Origin: Methanopyrus kandleri AV19
GTDB taxonomy: Archaea; JAADCQ01; Methanopyri; Methanopyrales; Methanopyraceae
Direction of reading: 5' to 3'
NCBI RefSeq assembly: GCF_000007185.1
Contig: NC_003551.1
Span: 695,456 to 727,455 of the forward strand
DNA: 32,000 nt
Below, piece by piece: positions 8,603-16,517 of the stretch. How positions within the stretch are numbered: position 1 is the first letter of the stretch; every line of letters starts with the position of its first letter. The notes beneath the pieces were generated by a model that was given only the letters and a program-made list of their open reading frames with translations, was not told the DNA's origin and made no database searches. The translations under genes and the position numbers were made by a program.

Positions 8603-9616
8603 GTGAGAGAGACCGTCGAGAAGATCGTCAAGGAGCGGGTTTTACCGGAGGTATCCAAGGTACGTCGTGGTTGGGTCGAAGTCGGTAGGGGTGCGGACGG
8701 AACTCCGACGATGCGGGTGGACGAGGTAGCGGAGCGGGAGTTCCTCCGCGGGTTAGAAGAGGAGGGCGTGGACGCGAGGGTAATCAGCGAGGAATCCGGT
8801 GAGATGCGTGTGGGTGAGGCCCCCGAGGTAACGCTGGTCTTAGACCCGCTCGACGGCTCACACAATGCCAGTCGCGGTCTTCCGTTCTACTGCGTTTCAG
8901 TCGGTATCGCCGATCCGGAGGCCGAGACTCTGGATGACGTGGAAGAGGGTTTGGTGGTTTCGGAACTGCTGACCTTCGGTCCCGGTGACGTCGAAGAGAA
9001 GCCGGTGGTGGAACGCCCGCTGGTTTCGGCGTACTACTACGGATCGGACCGGATGCCGGTTGAGTTCTCCCGGGGTCGTTTCAAGCTCCGTTGCTTGGGG
9101 TCAGTGGCCTTGGAACTGGCTTTAGTGGGGAAGGGAGCTCTGGACGGGTTCGTAGACGTTCGGGGCAGTCTGCGCCCTACGGACGTAGCGGGGGCATTCG
9201 GAGCTGCGCGAGGTGAGCTAGCCTTCATATTCGCGCGGAACGGTCGGGAGCTGGATCCTTCTGAGATACCACTGCGACCGGACTTCCGCTTCGAACTGGC
9301 AACGGCCCGGAGCGAAGATGAGGCTCGGGAGCTCTTCGAGGCCCTGAAGGAGGACGTGGGTATCCGTGTGGCGCAGCGTCTGTTCGGTAAGCATCCCGAA
9401 GGACTCTCGGAACACGCTCTGTGCGGTAAGTTAGGTGAGGAATGCTGCGAACTGGCTCACGCCGTGGGTAAGGAAGAGGGGTACGGGGAGGAGCTCGCGG
9501 ACGTGTTCGCTCTCGTCATGAACCTAGCGAACGAGCTCGACGTGGACGTTTTGACGGAACTGCGGCGTAAGTTTCGGAGGGTGTTCGGATGTTCCGACCG
9601 CAGGTCGTCGGTGTGA
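8603..9616 (+). CDS. inositol-monophosphatase/FBPase-family phosphatase (NADP-phosphatase-like) fused to a C-terminal MazG-like NTP pyrophosphohydrolase domain
   Basis: IMPase motifs ISEESGE, LDPLDGSHN and RPTDVAGA. The C-terminal ~75 aa (KLGEECCELAHAVGKEEGYGEELADVFALVMNLANELDVDVLTELRRKF) follow the MazG/all-alpha NTP-PPase helix pattern. The 3' end overlaps nadK by 28 nt. Confidence 0.7.
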   Translation: MRETVEKIVKERVLPEVSKVRRGWVEVGRGADGTPTMRVDEVAEREFLRGLEEEGVDARVISEESGEMRVGEAPEVTLVLDPLDGSHNASRGLPFYCVSVGIADPEAETLDDVEEGLVVSELLTFGPGDVEEKPVVERPLVSAYYYGSDRMPVEFSRGRFKLRCLGSVALELALVGKGALDGFVDVRGSLRPTDVAGAFGAARGELAFIFARNGRELDPSEIPLRPDFRFELATARSEDEARELFEALKEDVGIRVAQRLFGKHPEGLSEHALCGKLGEECCELAHAVGKEEGYGEELADVFALVMNLANELDVDVLTELRRKFRRVFGCSDRRSSV

Positions 9617-10419
9617 CCGGCAGAACGGACCTGGGTAGAGCAGTGCGGGTCGCGGAGAGAGTGTGTCGTCTTTGCGACCGGGAAGGGTTCGAAGTCCTAG
9701 TGGACGATTCGCTGGGGATCGGCGAATACCCCCGGGTTAACTTGAAAGACATGGGCAAAGAGGTCGATATGATCATCACGATCGGCGGTGATGGGACCAT
9801 ACTCCGCGTCTCGAGGATTACGTCAGAGTATGAGGTGCCGATCTTGGGTGTGAACCTAGGAAAGTTCGGATTCCTAACCGAGGTGAGTGAGAGTGGCCTG
9901 AAGGAAGCCGTATCTCGGCTCGCTCGGGGAGATTTCAACCTAGAAGAACACCGAAAGCTCAGGATAAAGATAGGGGGATCCGACGAAGGAGACGCTCTCA
10001 ACGAGGTCACCGTGATCACGAGTCGACCTGCTAAAATGATCAGGTACCGGCTGTCCATCGACGGGTTCGAGTTGGAGACCACGTGGGCGGACGGTGTACT
10101 AGTGGCGACCCCGACGGGTTCCACCGCCTACTCCCTCTCAGCCGGAGGTCCAATCGTGGAGCCACAGGTGGAGTGTTCCATTATTACTCCTCTGAACCCG
10201 TTCAAGCTGGAGGCACGGCCTATGGTGGTTTCCATGGACCGACGCGTGGAGATCGACGTGGACGACCCTGAGCGTGCCGAGGTCGTCGTCGACGGGCAGG
10301 AGTACATGAATCTCGACGGCACGGTGTCCGTTACGCGATCCCCGAACGTGGCGCGGTTTATACGGTTCGGGTCGACGTACTTCGAGCGGTTGAAGGAAAA
10401 GTTCCTGAGGTGGGATTGA
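9589..10419 (+). CDS. nadK: NAD kinase
   Basis: IITIGGDGTILR, GVNLGKFGFL and TPTGSTAYSLSAGGPIV are the canonical NAD kinase motifs. Confidence 0.9.
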   Translation: MFRPQVVGVTGRTDLGRAVRVAERVCRLCDREGFEVLVDDSLGIGEYPRVNLKDMGKEVDMIITIGGDGTILRVSRITSEYEVPILGVNLGKFGFLTEVSESGLKEAVSRLARGDFNLEEHRKLRIKIGGSDEGDALNEVTVITSRPAKMIRYRLSIDGFELETTWADGVLVATPTGSTAYSLSAGGPIVEPQVECSIITPLNPFKLEARPMVVSMDRRVEIDVDDPERAEVVVDGQEYMNLDGTVSVTRSPNVARFIRFGSTYFERLKEKFLRWD

Positions 10420-10512
10420 TGTCGCTACGCGACACGATCAAGGAAATCGGTGAGGCGATCTTCCGGGCGTTTCTAGTGGGACCACTGCCTAGGCTCCTAG
10501 CGTGCGTGTGTT

Positions 10513-10788
10513 TCACCCTCTGGATCCACCTCTACCGCGAGGGTCGCGAATGGAAGAGATCACATCGAGAGTAGCTGCCGCTAGCTCGACGTCTTCCGCC
10601 TTTACGGTCTTCCTGCCCGCGTGACGGGCCGCGAGAACCGACAACTCCGCCAGTGCTAGGCTGAGGGACTCGATCACCCGATAGTACTCCTTCTTGGCAC
10701 TCATCCTGACGCCGAGGACTCCGTCGGCGGATCGGGCCGACTTCTTGAGTATCTCTTCCAGAACGTTCGTCGGGAGATCGGGGTCCAA
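10513..10788 (-). CDS. histone-fold protein (single fold) with Arg/Gly-rich C-terminal tail
   Basis: ARHAGRKTVKAEDVELAA is nearly identical to the L2-alpha3 segment of archaeal histones, with predicted alpha1 and a long alpha2 upstream. Tail DPRGRGGSRG. TTG start with GGAGGGG 6 nt upstream. Confidence 0.75.
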   Translation of the reverse strand: MDPDLPTNVLEEILKKSARSADGVLGVRMSAKKEYYRVIESLSLALAELSVLAARHAGRKTVKAEDVELAAATLDVISSIRDPRGRGGSRG

Positions 10789-10806
10789 GCTTTCCCCTCC
10801 CCTGGG

Positions 10807-11238
10807 GTGCTCGGGGGGACTCAGTTGACCACCTACGTCCTCGATACATCAGCATTAATCAAGGGTGTGCCTCCGGAGCTCCTGGACGGTCCCGCTTACA
10901 CGGTTCCGGAGGTTATCGAGGAGCTTAAGGATGATCTTTCCCGCGTGAGGTATGAGGTTGCGTCGGTAAGGGTCAAGGAACCCGAAGACTGGGCGGTTCG
11001 CCGCGCGCGCAGGCGCGCTAAGGTCACGGGTGACCTACCTCGGTTGTCGAAGACGGACCTGAAGGTTCTCGCGCTCGCCATCGAGTTGATGGAAGAGCAG
11101 GACGTAGTCCTAGTCAGCTCCGATTACAGCGTCCAGAACGTGGCGCTTACACTGGGTATTCGGGTGTACGGGCCCGTCCACGGCGAGGTGGACGAGGTAA
11201 TCGGGCCGGGGGGACGACGTTGGAGACCGTCGGTGTAA
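10807..11238 (+). CDS. PIN-domain nuclease, Nob1-like but without a zinc ribbon
   Basis: YVLDTSALIKG ... VPEVIEEL ... SKTDLKVLALAIEL ... VSSDYSVQNVALTLGIRV matches PIN acidic-residue spacing. An alternative TTG start at 10825 gives MTTYVLDTS. Confidence 0.75.
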   Translation: MLGGTQLTTYVLDTSALIKGVPPELLDGPAYTVPEVIEELKDDLSRVRYEVASVRVKEPEDWAVRRARRRAKVTGDLPRLSKTDLKVLALAIELMEEQDVVLVSSDYSVQNVALTLGIRVYGPVHGEVDEVIGPGGRRWRPSV

Positions 11239-12074
11239 CGACAGTCGTGACGGTGTCGGGGTTGACGGGGTCGAAGCGTGTAGCAGCCCGTGTGGATACC
11301 GGTGCCGAGAACGACTCGATCGACCTGAAGCTGGCGTCGGAAATAGGCGCCGGCCCCGTCATCGGGGTGAAGAAGGTCCGCTCCGCTTCCGCTTCGCGGT
11401 TACGCTCCGAGCGTCGGCCCGTGGTTCACGTCACTTTGGAGCTGGCCGGAAGATGTCTACCCTCGGAGGCCACGCTGGCGGATCGCCGGGATATGCGGTA
11501 CCCGATGATCGTTGGGCGTAAGACGCTACGCCGGGCGGGGGTCACGGTCGACCCGTCCCGTGAGGAGGAACCGGAGGGGGACGAAGTCGATCCACGTCGC
11601 GTAGTCGGTACCTTAAAGCTTCACAAAAGACTCCTGAGGACCGTCGGAGAGAAGCGCGCGGTGACCCCTGCCGTCCTGGCACTTCAGCACGGGGGAGCGT
11701 GGTCGTACCGCGACGGTGATGTATCGTCGGTGGCCGTTCCTATTCGGAAATTGTCGAACGGTGTAGTGCGTGAAGATCTCTACCTGCTTCTCAACCCCGA
11801 GATCGAGCGCGCCGAGGGTACGTTAACTAGACTCGAGAAGTGTGGTCGCGAGAGAGTTCGGCGCGTCGCGAAGCGTCCACGGCGGCTTGAAGTACGACAT
11901 GATGGTGGCGCCATCATCCGCGTCGATCCGGGGCGTAGACGCATCCGTGTTCGGGAGCTCGACCCGGGAACGCTCCGACTTGAAGGCATTCCCGCCGCCA
12001 ACCTTCACCACGAGCTCTCTCACCTCATGGGGGACGACCTGGGCCCCAGCGTGCTGGAGTTCGAGGTCGAGTGA
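11220..12074 (+). CDS. two-domain protein: retropepsin-like (PF05618 'Zn_protease'-type) N-domain + peptide-deformylase-like C-domain
   Basis: N-domain: AARVDTGAENDSIDL ... TLADRRDMRYPMIVGRKTL. C-domain: AVLALQ (motif 1-like), LLLNPEI ... LEKCG (EGCLS-like) and HHELSHLMG (QHExDHLxG-like). The start is uncertain (TTG 11220 or GTG 11247). Confidence 0.65.
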   Translation: METVGVTTVVTVSGLTGSKRVAARVDTGAENDSIDLKLASEIGAGPVIGVKKVRSASASRLRSERRPVVHVTLELAGRCLPSEATLADRRDMRYPMIVGRKTLRRAGVTVDPSREEEPEGDEVDPRRVVGTLKLHKRLLRTVGEKRAVTPAVLALQHGGAWSYRDGDVSSVAVPIRKLSNGVVREDLYLLLNPEIERAEGTLTRLEKCGRERVRRVAKRPRRLEVRHDGGAIIRVDPGRRRIRVRELDPGTLRLEGIPAANLHHELSHLMGDDLGPSVLEFEVE

Positions 12075-12988
12075 AGGGGGACACCATTACCGTGTCGGAG
12101 ACGATCCGAGTCGCCACTCGATCCAGCCGTCTGGCGATTATCCAGACCCGGGAGGTAATCGAGCTGCTGGAGCGGGAATCCCCGCGTGACGTCGAGGTTG
12201 AGATCGTGAAGACGAAGTCACGTGGGGACGTCGTTCGGGATCGACCCCTCCACAAGCTGGGTGAGAAGGGTGTGTTCGTGAAAGAGGTTGACAGGCTGGT
12301 ACTCGAAGGTAAGGCCGATATCGCCGTTCACAGCGCCAAAGACGTTCCTTCCGTCGTAGATTATCCCGTGGATGTGGCGGCTGTGCCTCCCCGGAGGGAC
12401 CCCCGAGAATGTCTGGTGTCGCGACACGGCGGACTCAAAGAACTTCCGCGGGGAGCTACCGTGGGGACCAGCAGTCCTAGACGGCGCGCGCAGATCCTCC
12501 TAGAAAGACCTGACTTGAAGGTGGAGCCGATGCGCGGGAACGTAGACACCAGGGTCTCCAAGGTGAGGCGGAGGGAGTACGACGCCGCCGTTCTCGCCAA
12601 AGTCGGGTTGGACCGGCTCGGGATGACATCCGAGGTTTCCGAGGTGTACGACCCGGAAGAGTTCGTGCCGCCGGCGGGCCAAGGGGCCCTGATGATCACC
12701 TGCCGCAAGGACGACGATCGCGTTAAACGCCTTCTGGAAGTCGTGGACGACGAGAAGAGTCGGGTGGAAGTCGAGACGGAGAAGGCCGTCGTGAGGGAGC
12801 TCGGAGTGGGTTGCTCGGAGCCTGTAGGAGTCCACGTGCGAGCTCGCGACGGTGATCACGTGAGGTTGGTGCTGGGACTGTTCGAAGAAGACGGCTCTTG
12901 CGGCCACGTACTCAAGATGCGGGGCTCGCCTGAGGACGTCGTCCGTGAGGCGGTGTCTCAGGCTAGGGAGGTGTTATCGGATGGGTGA
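12071..12988 (+). CDS. hemC: porphobilinogen deaminase (hydroxymethylbilane synthase)
   Basis: IRVATRSSRLAIIQT ... VKTKSRGD ... LGEKGVFVKEVD ... ADIAVHSAKDVP. GTGA overlap with the upstream gene. Confidence 0.9.
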   Translation: MKGDTITVSETIRVATRSSRLAIIQTREVIELLERESPRDVEVEIVKTKSRGDVVRDRPLHKLGEKGVFVKEVDRLVLEGKADIAVHSAKDVPSVVDYPVDVAAVPPRRDPRECLVSRHGGLKELPRGATVGTSSPRRRAQILLERPDLKVEPMRGNVDTRVSKVRRREYDAAVLAKVGLDRLGMTSEVSEVYDPEEFVPPAGQGALMITCRKDDDRVKRLLEVVDDEKSRVEVETEKAVVRELGVGCSEPVGVHVRARDGDHVRLVLGLFEEDGSCGHVLKMRGSPEDVVREAVSQAREVLSDG

Positions 12989-13772
12989 GCTGTACCTGGT
13001 CGGAGGGGGTCTCTCCGACGTTCGAGATCTCACGCTGCGGGCCCTTGAAGTGCTAGCTAGCGTGGAGTTGGTGCTGGTCGACACCTACACCAGCGTGTAC
13101 GACGTAAGCGAGGGCGACCTGAAACGGTTGCTCAACGGGTTCGGAGGTGATCCTGAAGTACGTATGTGCTCGCGGCGGGACCTGGAGGAGCGCTTCTTCG
13201 ACCTGTGTGAGGGGTACGATCGCGTCGCCCTGCTCTCCCCGGGCGACCCGATGGCAGCGACCACTCACGTGGCGCTGGTGGTCGAGGCCGCCGACCGTGG
13301 GTGGGACGTCGAGATAATCAACGGCGTATCGGTGTTCACCGCGGCACCATCCAAGTCGGGGCTGGAAATGTACCGGTTCGGACGTACCGCCACGATTCCG
13401 TTGAACGTGCGCTCCGTGTATCCCTACGATGTGCTCGAATCGAACCGGCAGGCCGGTTTACACACCCTCTTCCTGCTGGAAGTTGCTGAAGACGGGGAGT
13501 TCGTCTCTGTCGCTGACGCCGCCCGCTACCTATTGGAAATTGAGAGGGAAGAAGGTCGCGGAGTACTCGACCCCTCGGATCTCGCGATCGCCGTAGTGAG
13601 GCTGGGGTTCGAGGACGAGTTGGTGGCTTGGGGAACCCTCGAAGAACTCTCCGACTGGGAGCCCGGTGAACCTCCGCAAGCTCTAATACTGCCCGCCTCC
13701 CGACTCCGTGAAGCGGAGCGCGAATACATCCGCCGCGTCCTCCCACACATCCGAGATGTGCGTGGGGTCTAG
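12981..13772 (+). CDS. dphB: diphthine synthase (tetrapyrrole-methylase fold)
   Basis: MGELYLVGGGLSDVRDLTLRALEVL ... LSPGDPMAATTH. The ATG at 12981 overlaps the hemC stop by 8 nt. The longer track ORF from 12945 is unlikely. Confidence 0.9.
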   Translation: MGELYLVGGGLSDVRDLTLRALEVLASVELVLVDTYTSVYDVSEGDLKRLLNGFGGDPEVRMCSRRDLEERFFDLCEGYDRVALLSPGDPMAATTHVALVVEAADRGWDVEIINGVSVFTAAPSKSGLEMYRFGRTATIPLNVRSVYPYDVLESNRQAGLHTLFLLEVAEDGEFVSVADAARYLLEIEREEGRGVLDPSDLAIAVVRLGFEDELVAWGTLEELSDWEPGEPPQALILPASRLREAEREYIRRVLPHIRDVRGV

Positions 13773-13775
13773 CCT

Positions 13776-14132
13776 TTGGGTGAGGAGACTGGCGGTGACT
13801 ATCACGTCGTGCTCGAGGCCGCGTGGATCGTGTACAACGTCGACGACGAGGACGACGCTATCAACATCGCCATTGCCGAGGCGGGTAAGCGCTTGAACCG
13901 ACACGGCCTCGATTACGTGGATATCGATGTCGGGTTTTACGAGTGTCCTGAATGTGGTAATGAAATCGAAGGTGTGTGGATAGTAGCAGGTACAGCCCTC
14001 GTCCGACTGATTCTATCGATGCGAGTGTTCAACGCGGAAAGCGAGGAACACGCCATTCGCATCGCTAAGTACGAGATCGGTCAAGCGCTGGAGGATGTAC
14101 CCTTAGGTGTCGTTGAAGTAACTCCGCTCTGA
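13776..14132 (+). CDS. conserved archaeal protein, UPF0212/DUF555-like, with one CxxC
   Basis: [33 protein letters not shown] ... YECPECG resembles the UPF0212 family as I recall it. TTG start. Confidence 0.55.
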
Positions 14133-14136
14133 CCAT

Positions 14137-15246
14137 TTACTTACCCCTTACGAGATGCGCCCATATTAGCGCCGAGAGCAACGTGAACGTAGCCAAGGCG
14201 AAGGAGTTCATCGCCCTAGAGAACAGGAATACTCCTATCAGTGATTGGACTGAGAACGCGATCAGACAACCGAAGAGCATGGCCTCTCTCGCCAGGAATC
14301 TCGCCGTCATCCTACGCCTTCGTAGTTTTATGTACTCCGAGAGGCACCTCGATCCCACGTATAGTGTGGCCGCGACCCATATGGACAGTAATACCGCCCC
14401 GATGTACCCGAAGTCGAAGGCCCAGGTGAACAAGCCAGGCAGCATGTAATCGAGAAGGTCCTTTTTAACGACGAGTGCTCCATGTAGTGTAGGTACGTCG
14501 AGCCGGAACATCATGAGATATCCGACAGGCAGTGTGACGAACCCGTCACCGAAGCCCCGCCACTCGTATCCGGCGGGAAGCGCCTTCGTGGAGTGACCGA
14601 TGATGTGCGTGTTCTTCGCCACGAACTCGAGTCCCGGTACGGTGTATTCCGCGAATCGCTTGATACGGAGTGTCGGGCTGAACACGGGCTTATTCAGGAC
14701 GTAAGCGAGCAGTTCCAGGAGACCGAGGAAACCTATGGCCATCAGCGTGGCCATCACGATCGACCTTTTGCTCATCTTAGCTGCTCGGGCGGCAAAAGCG
14801 CGGAATCTCGACTCCACTTTCAAGTACTTCGCTATGAAATGCTCCGTAAGCGCCCAGCATAGGAACCAGGAGAGTAGGAAGTCACGATGCATAATTCCTC
14901 CGACCATTCCCACGTACACCCATAGGAGATTGAAGTATGGCCGAGTACGTCGGGCCGCCGTGATACCACGGGTTTCGAGCAGTTGCAGGAGGTACCTCGA
15001 GGTCGCCCAAGCGGCGAGTGCCAGTGGGCCGAACGGGTGCGTAAACTCGTGGCGTGATACGGGGAGGAACAGCGAGAAAGCGTCCACGGTGAATAGAAGG
15101 GCCAGCACTCCCAGTGTGAAGAGGGACAGTGAGAGGACCCTCTGTACCGTTACCGAGGAATAGCTCAGGGCGAACGGTATCGTCAGGTGGGTGATCACGA
15201 AGAAGTCCAGGAGGGCTTCACCCGTGTTATAGGGGACCACGTACAA
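14137..15246 (-). CDS. polytopic membrane protein (~9 TM) with large external loop and SEDS (FtsW/RodA)-like C-terminal motif; last gene of the cell-wall operon
   Basis: Hydrophobicity pattern. An ~80-aa loop is followed by LPGLFTWAFDFGYIGAVLLSIWVAATLYVGSRCL ... RFLAREAMLFGCLIAFSVQSLIGVF. Compare the SEDS block LPExHTDFIFaviGEElGfiGa ... Rf..lla.G......Q.fiN. 1-nt gap to the upstream gene. The functional call is hypothesis. Confidence 0.55.
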   Translation of the reverse strand: MYVVPYNTGEALLDFFVITHLTIPFALSYSSVTVQRVLSLSLFTLGVLALLFTVDAFSLFLPVSRHEFTHPFGPLALAAWATSRYLLQLLETRGITAARRTRPYFNLLWVYVGMVGGIMHRDFLLSWFLCWALTEHFIAKYLKVESRFRAFAARAAKMSKRSIVMATLMAIGFLGLLELLAYVLNKPVFSPTLRIKRFAEYTVPGLEFVAKNTHIIGHSTKALPAGYEWRGFGDGFVTLPVGYLMMFRLDVPTLHGALVVKKDLLDYMLPGLFTWAFDFGYIGAVLLSIWVAATLYVGSRCLSEYIKLRRRRMTARFLAREAMLFGCLIAFSVQSLIGVFLFSRAMNSFALATFTLLSALIWAHLVRGK

Positions 15247-15247
15247 G

Positions 15248-16498
15248 TTACCACGCCCGCAGCCTCCGATTTACGAGCTCTCTGATTCCTCCGAGCACGA
15301 TCAGCGCAACTCCTACGGCGGAGCTGATTAGACCGAGGGAGTGTAGTGTCTCAGGGGAGATCGGGGTCTTCAACGGCGGCTTTTTGTACCCCTCCGGTAG
15401 CGGACGCATGTAGATAGTGATCAGGTTGGCCTCGGGTTCCACTTTGACATCACCCGGTAGTATGTAGTCGTACCCCAACAGTGTGTTGTTGTCTATGTCG
15501 GAGTCGATCGCGCGGGCGATGTCCTCCGGCTGCTTCTTCCCGGCTTGGACCAGCGTCTGGACGGTCTCGACTATCGACACTTTATCGTACACGCTCTTGA
15601 TCCCGTAGACCCGGACGATCGGCTGGTCCTTCCTTACCGTGATCATGTCTCGGGCAACCTGCCAGGCGTACTCCGTTCGGAGGGAGGACCCACAGACGGG
15701 ACACCGCGAGTACTTGGAGGCCGCCGGGTAGGCGACGCTCCATCCACATTTGGGGCAGACTTTACGGTAGGCTGTGTCCATCGGGATGCCGCGCGCGTTG
15801 AGCTTGGGCGGGACGAAAGTGTCACCCGTCGACAGACCGGCGGTGATGTTGACTACACCACCTCCGTACTTCTCTCCGGACTTCTTGGCCACGTAACCCA
15901 TGATCCTCGTCACTATCTCCGTCGCGGGTAGACCGTCCCTGATCATCCTGCCGGCCATGATGGCGGCCTCTATTCGGACCTTCGTAGCGGTGCCGTACAT
16001 AGGGTTGCCCGGCGTGTTACGCAGGTGGATTACGGCGCACTTGACGTTCTTGGGTATACGGACGATGTTAGGGCCTCCGCTGCTGTGGTACTGCTTGATG
16101 ATGATCTTGTTCCCTTTCACGATCACCACGGCGATATCGTAGCTTCCGCCCACCGCAACGCCCTTCCCGGGGCCTCCGACCAGAAGTCGGTCCGTGGGTG
16201 ACCGGCTGATACCGGCCCTCACGGCACTTTCTATGTCCTCACCCAGCTCTAACGCCCGTATACACGCCAGGATAGCCTCCAGGCGTGCCGTACCCTTGCT
16301 CAGACCTCCCGCTAGGACGGCTACGTGTAGCTTCTTGGACACTAGGAACGTCGACTGGAACATGTTAGGAGCGAAGGACATCGAGGCTGCGGCTGCACCG
16401 TTGGGATCCTTGCCGCTGGGGTCCGTGATCACGATCATGTTGAAGGTAGCGGACGCCCCGGAGACCAGTGCCAGGAGCGCGATCAGCGGGATCAGCAC
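15248..16498 (-). CDS. exported, C-terminally membrane-anchored protein: Ntn-hydrolase-like (DUF1028-type) N-domain + Cys4 zinc ribbon
   Basis: N-terminal hydrophobic leader LIPLIALLALVSGASA followed by TFNMIVITDPSG, which has the same form as MTFSIVa.DP.tG at the N-terminus of DUF1028/Ntn proteins. CPKCG-x14-CPVCG. C-terminal TM LGLISSAVGVALIVLGG plus RRLR. GTG start. Confidence 0.6.
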   Translation of the reverse strand: MLIPLIALLALVSGASATFNMIVITDPSGKDPNGAAAASMSFAPNMFQSTFLVSKKLHVAVLAGGLSKGTARLEAILACIRALELGEDIESAVRAGISRSPTDRLLVGGPGKGVAVGGSYDIAVVIVKGNKIIIKQYHSSGGPNIVRIPKNVKCAVIHLRNTPGNPMYGTATKVRIEAAIMAGRMIRDGLPATEIVTRIMGYVAKKSGEKYGGGVVNITAGLSTGDTFVPPKLNARGIPMDTAYRKVCPKCGWSVAYPAASKYSRCPVCGSSLRTEYAWQVARDMITVRKDQPIVRVYGIKSVYDKVSIVETVQTLVQAGKKQPEDIARAIDSDIDNNTLLGYDYILPGDVKVEPEANLITIYMRPLPEGYKKPPLKTPISPETLHSLGLISSAVGVALIVLGGIRELVNRRLRAW

Positions 16499-16517
16499 AC
16501 GGATCGCGGGGTCCCCC

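Noticed and set aside
8032-8865. 277-aa minus-strand ORF spanning the pdaD and IMPase-family genes
   Set aside because: It is antisense to two confidently recognised genes. The product is low-complexity (Ser/Thr/Arg/Pro/Ala-rich) with no motifs. Long stop-free antisense frames are expected at this G+C content.
10419-10574. 51-aa ORF (MSLRDTIKEIGEAIFRAFLVGPLPRLLACVCFTLWIHLYREGREWKRSHRE) starting on the nadK stop (TGATG)
   Set aside because: The coupling to nadK and one hydrophobic span are attractive. However, it overlaps the 3' end of the convergent histone-fold gene by about 60 nt and has no recognisable family. There is not enough evidence to call it.
11160-11330. Possible frameshifted zinc ribbon for the Nob1-like PIN protein
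   Set aside because: I read all three forward frames across the PIN 3' end and the next gene's 5' end and found no CxxC pairs. The ribbon is genuinely absent and not frameshifted.
12945-12980. Upstream ATG extension of diphthine synthase (MRRCLRLGRCYR...)
   Set aside because: It lies inside the hemC coding sequence. The ATG at 12981 gives the conserved MGELYLVGGG N-terminus and a typical 8-nt coupling overlap.
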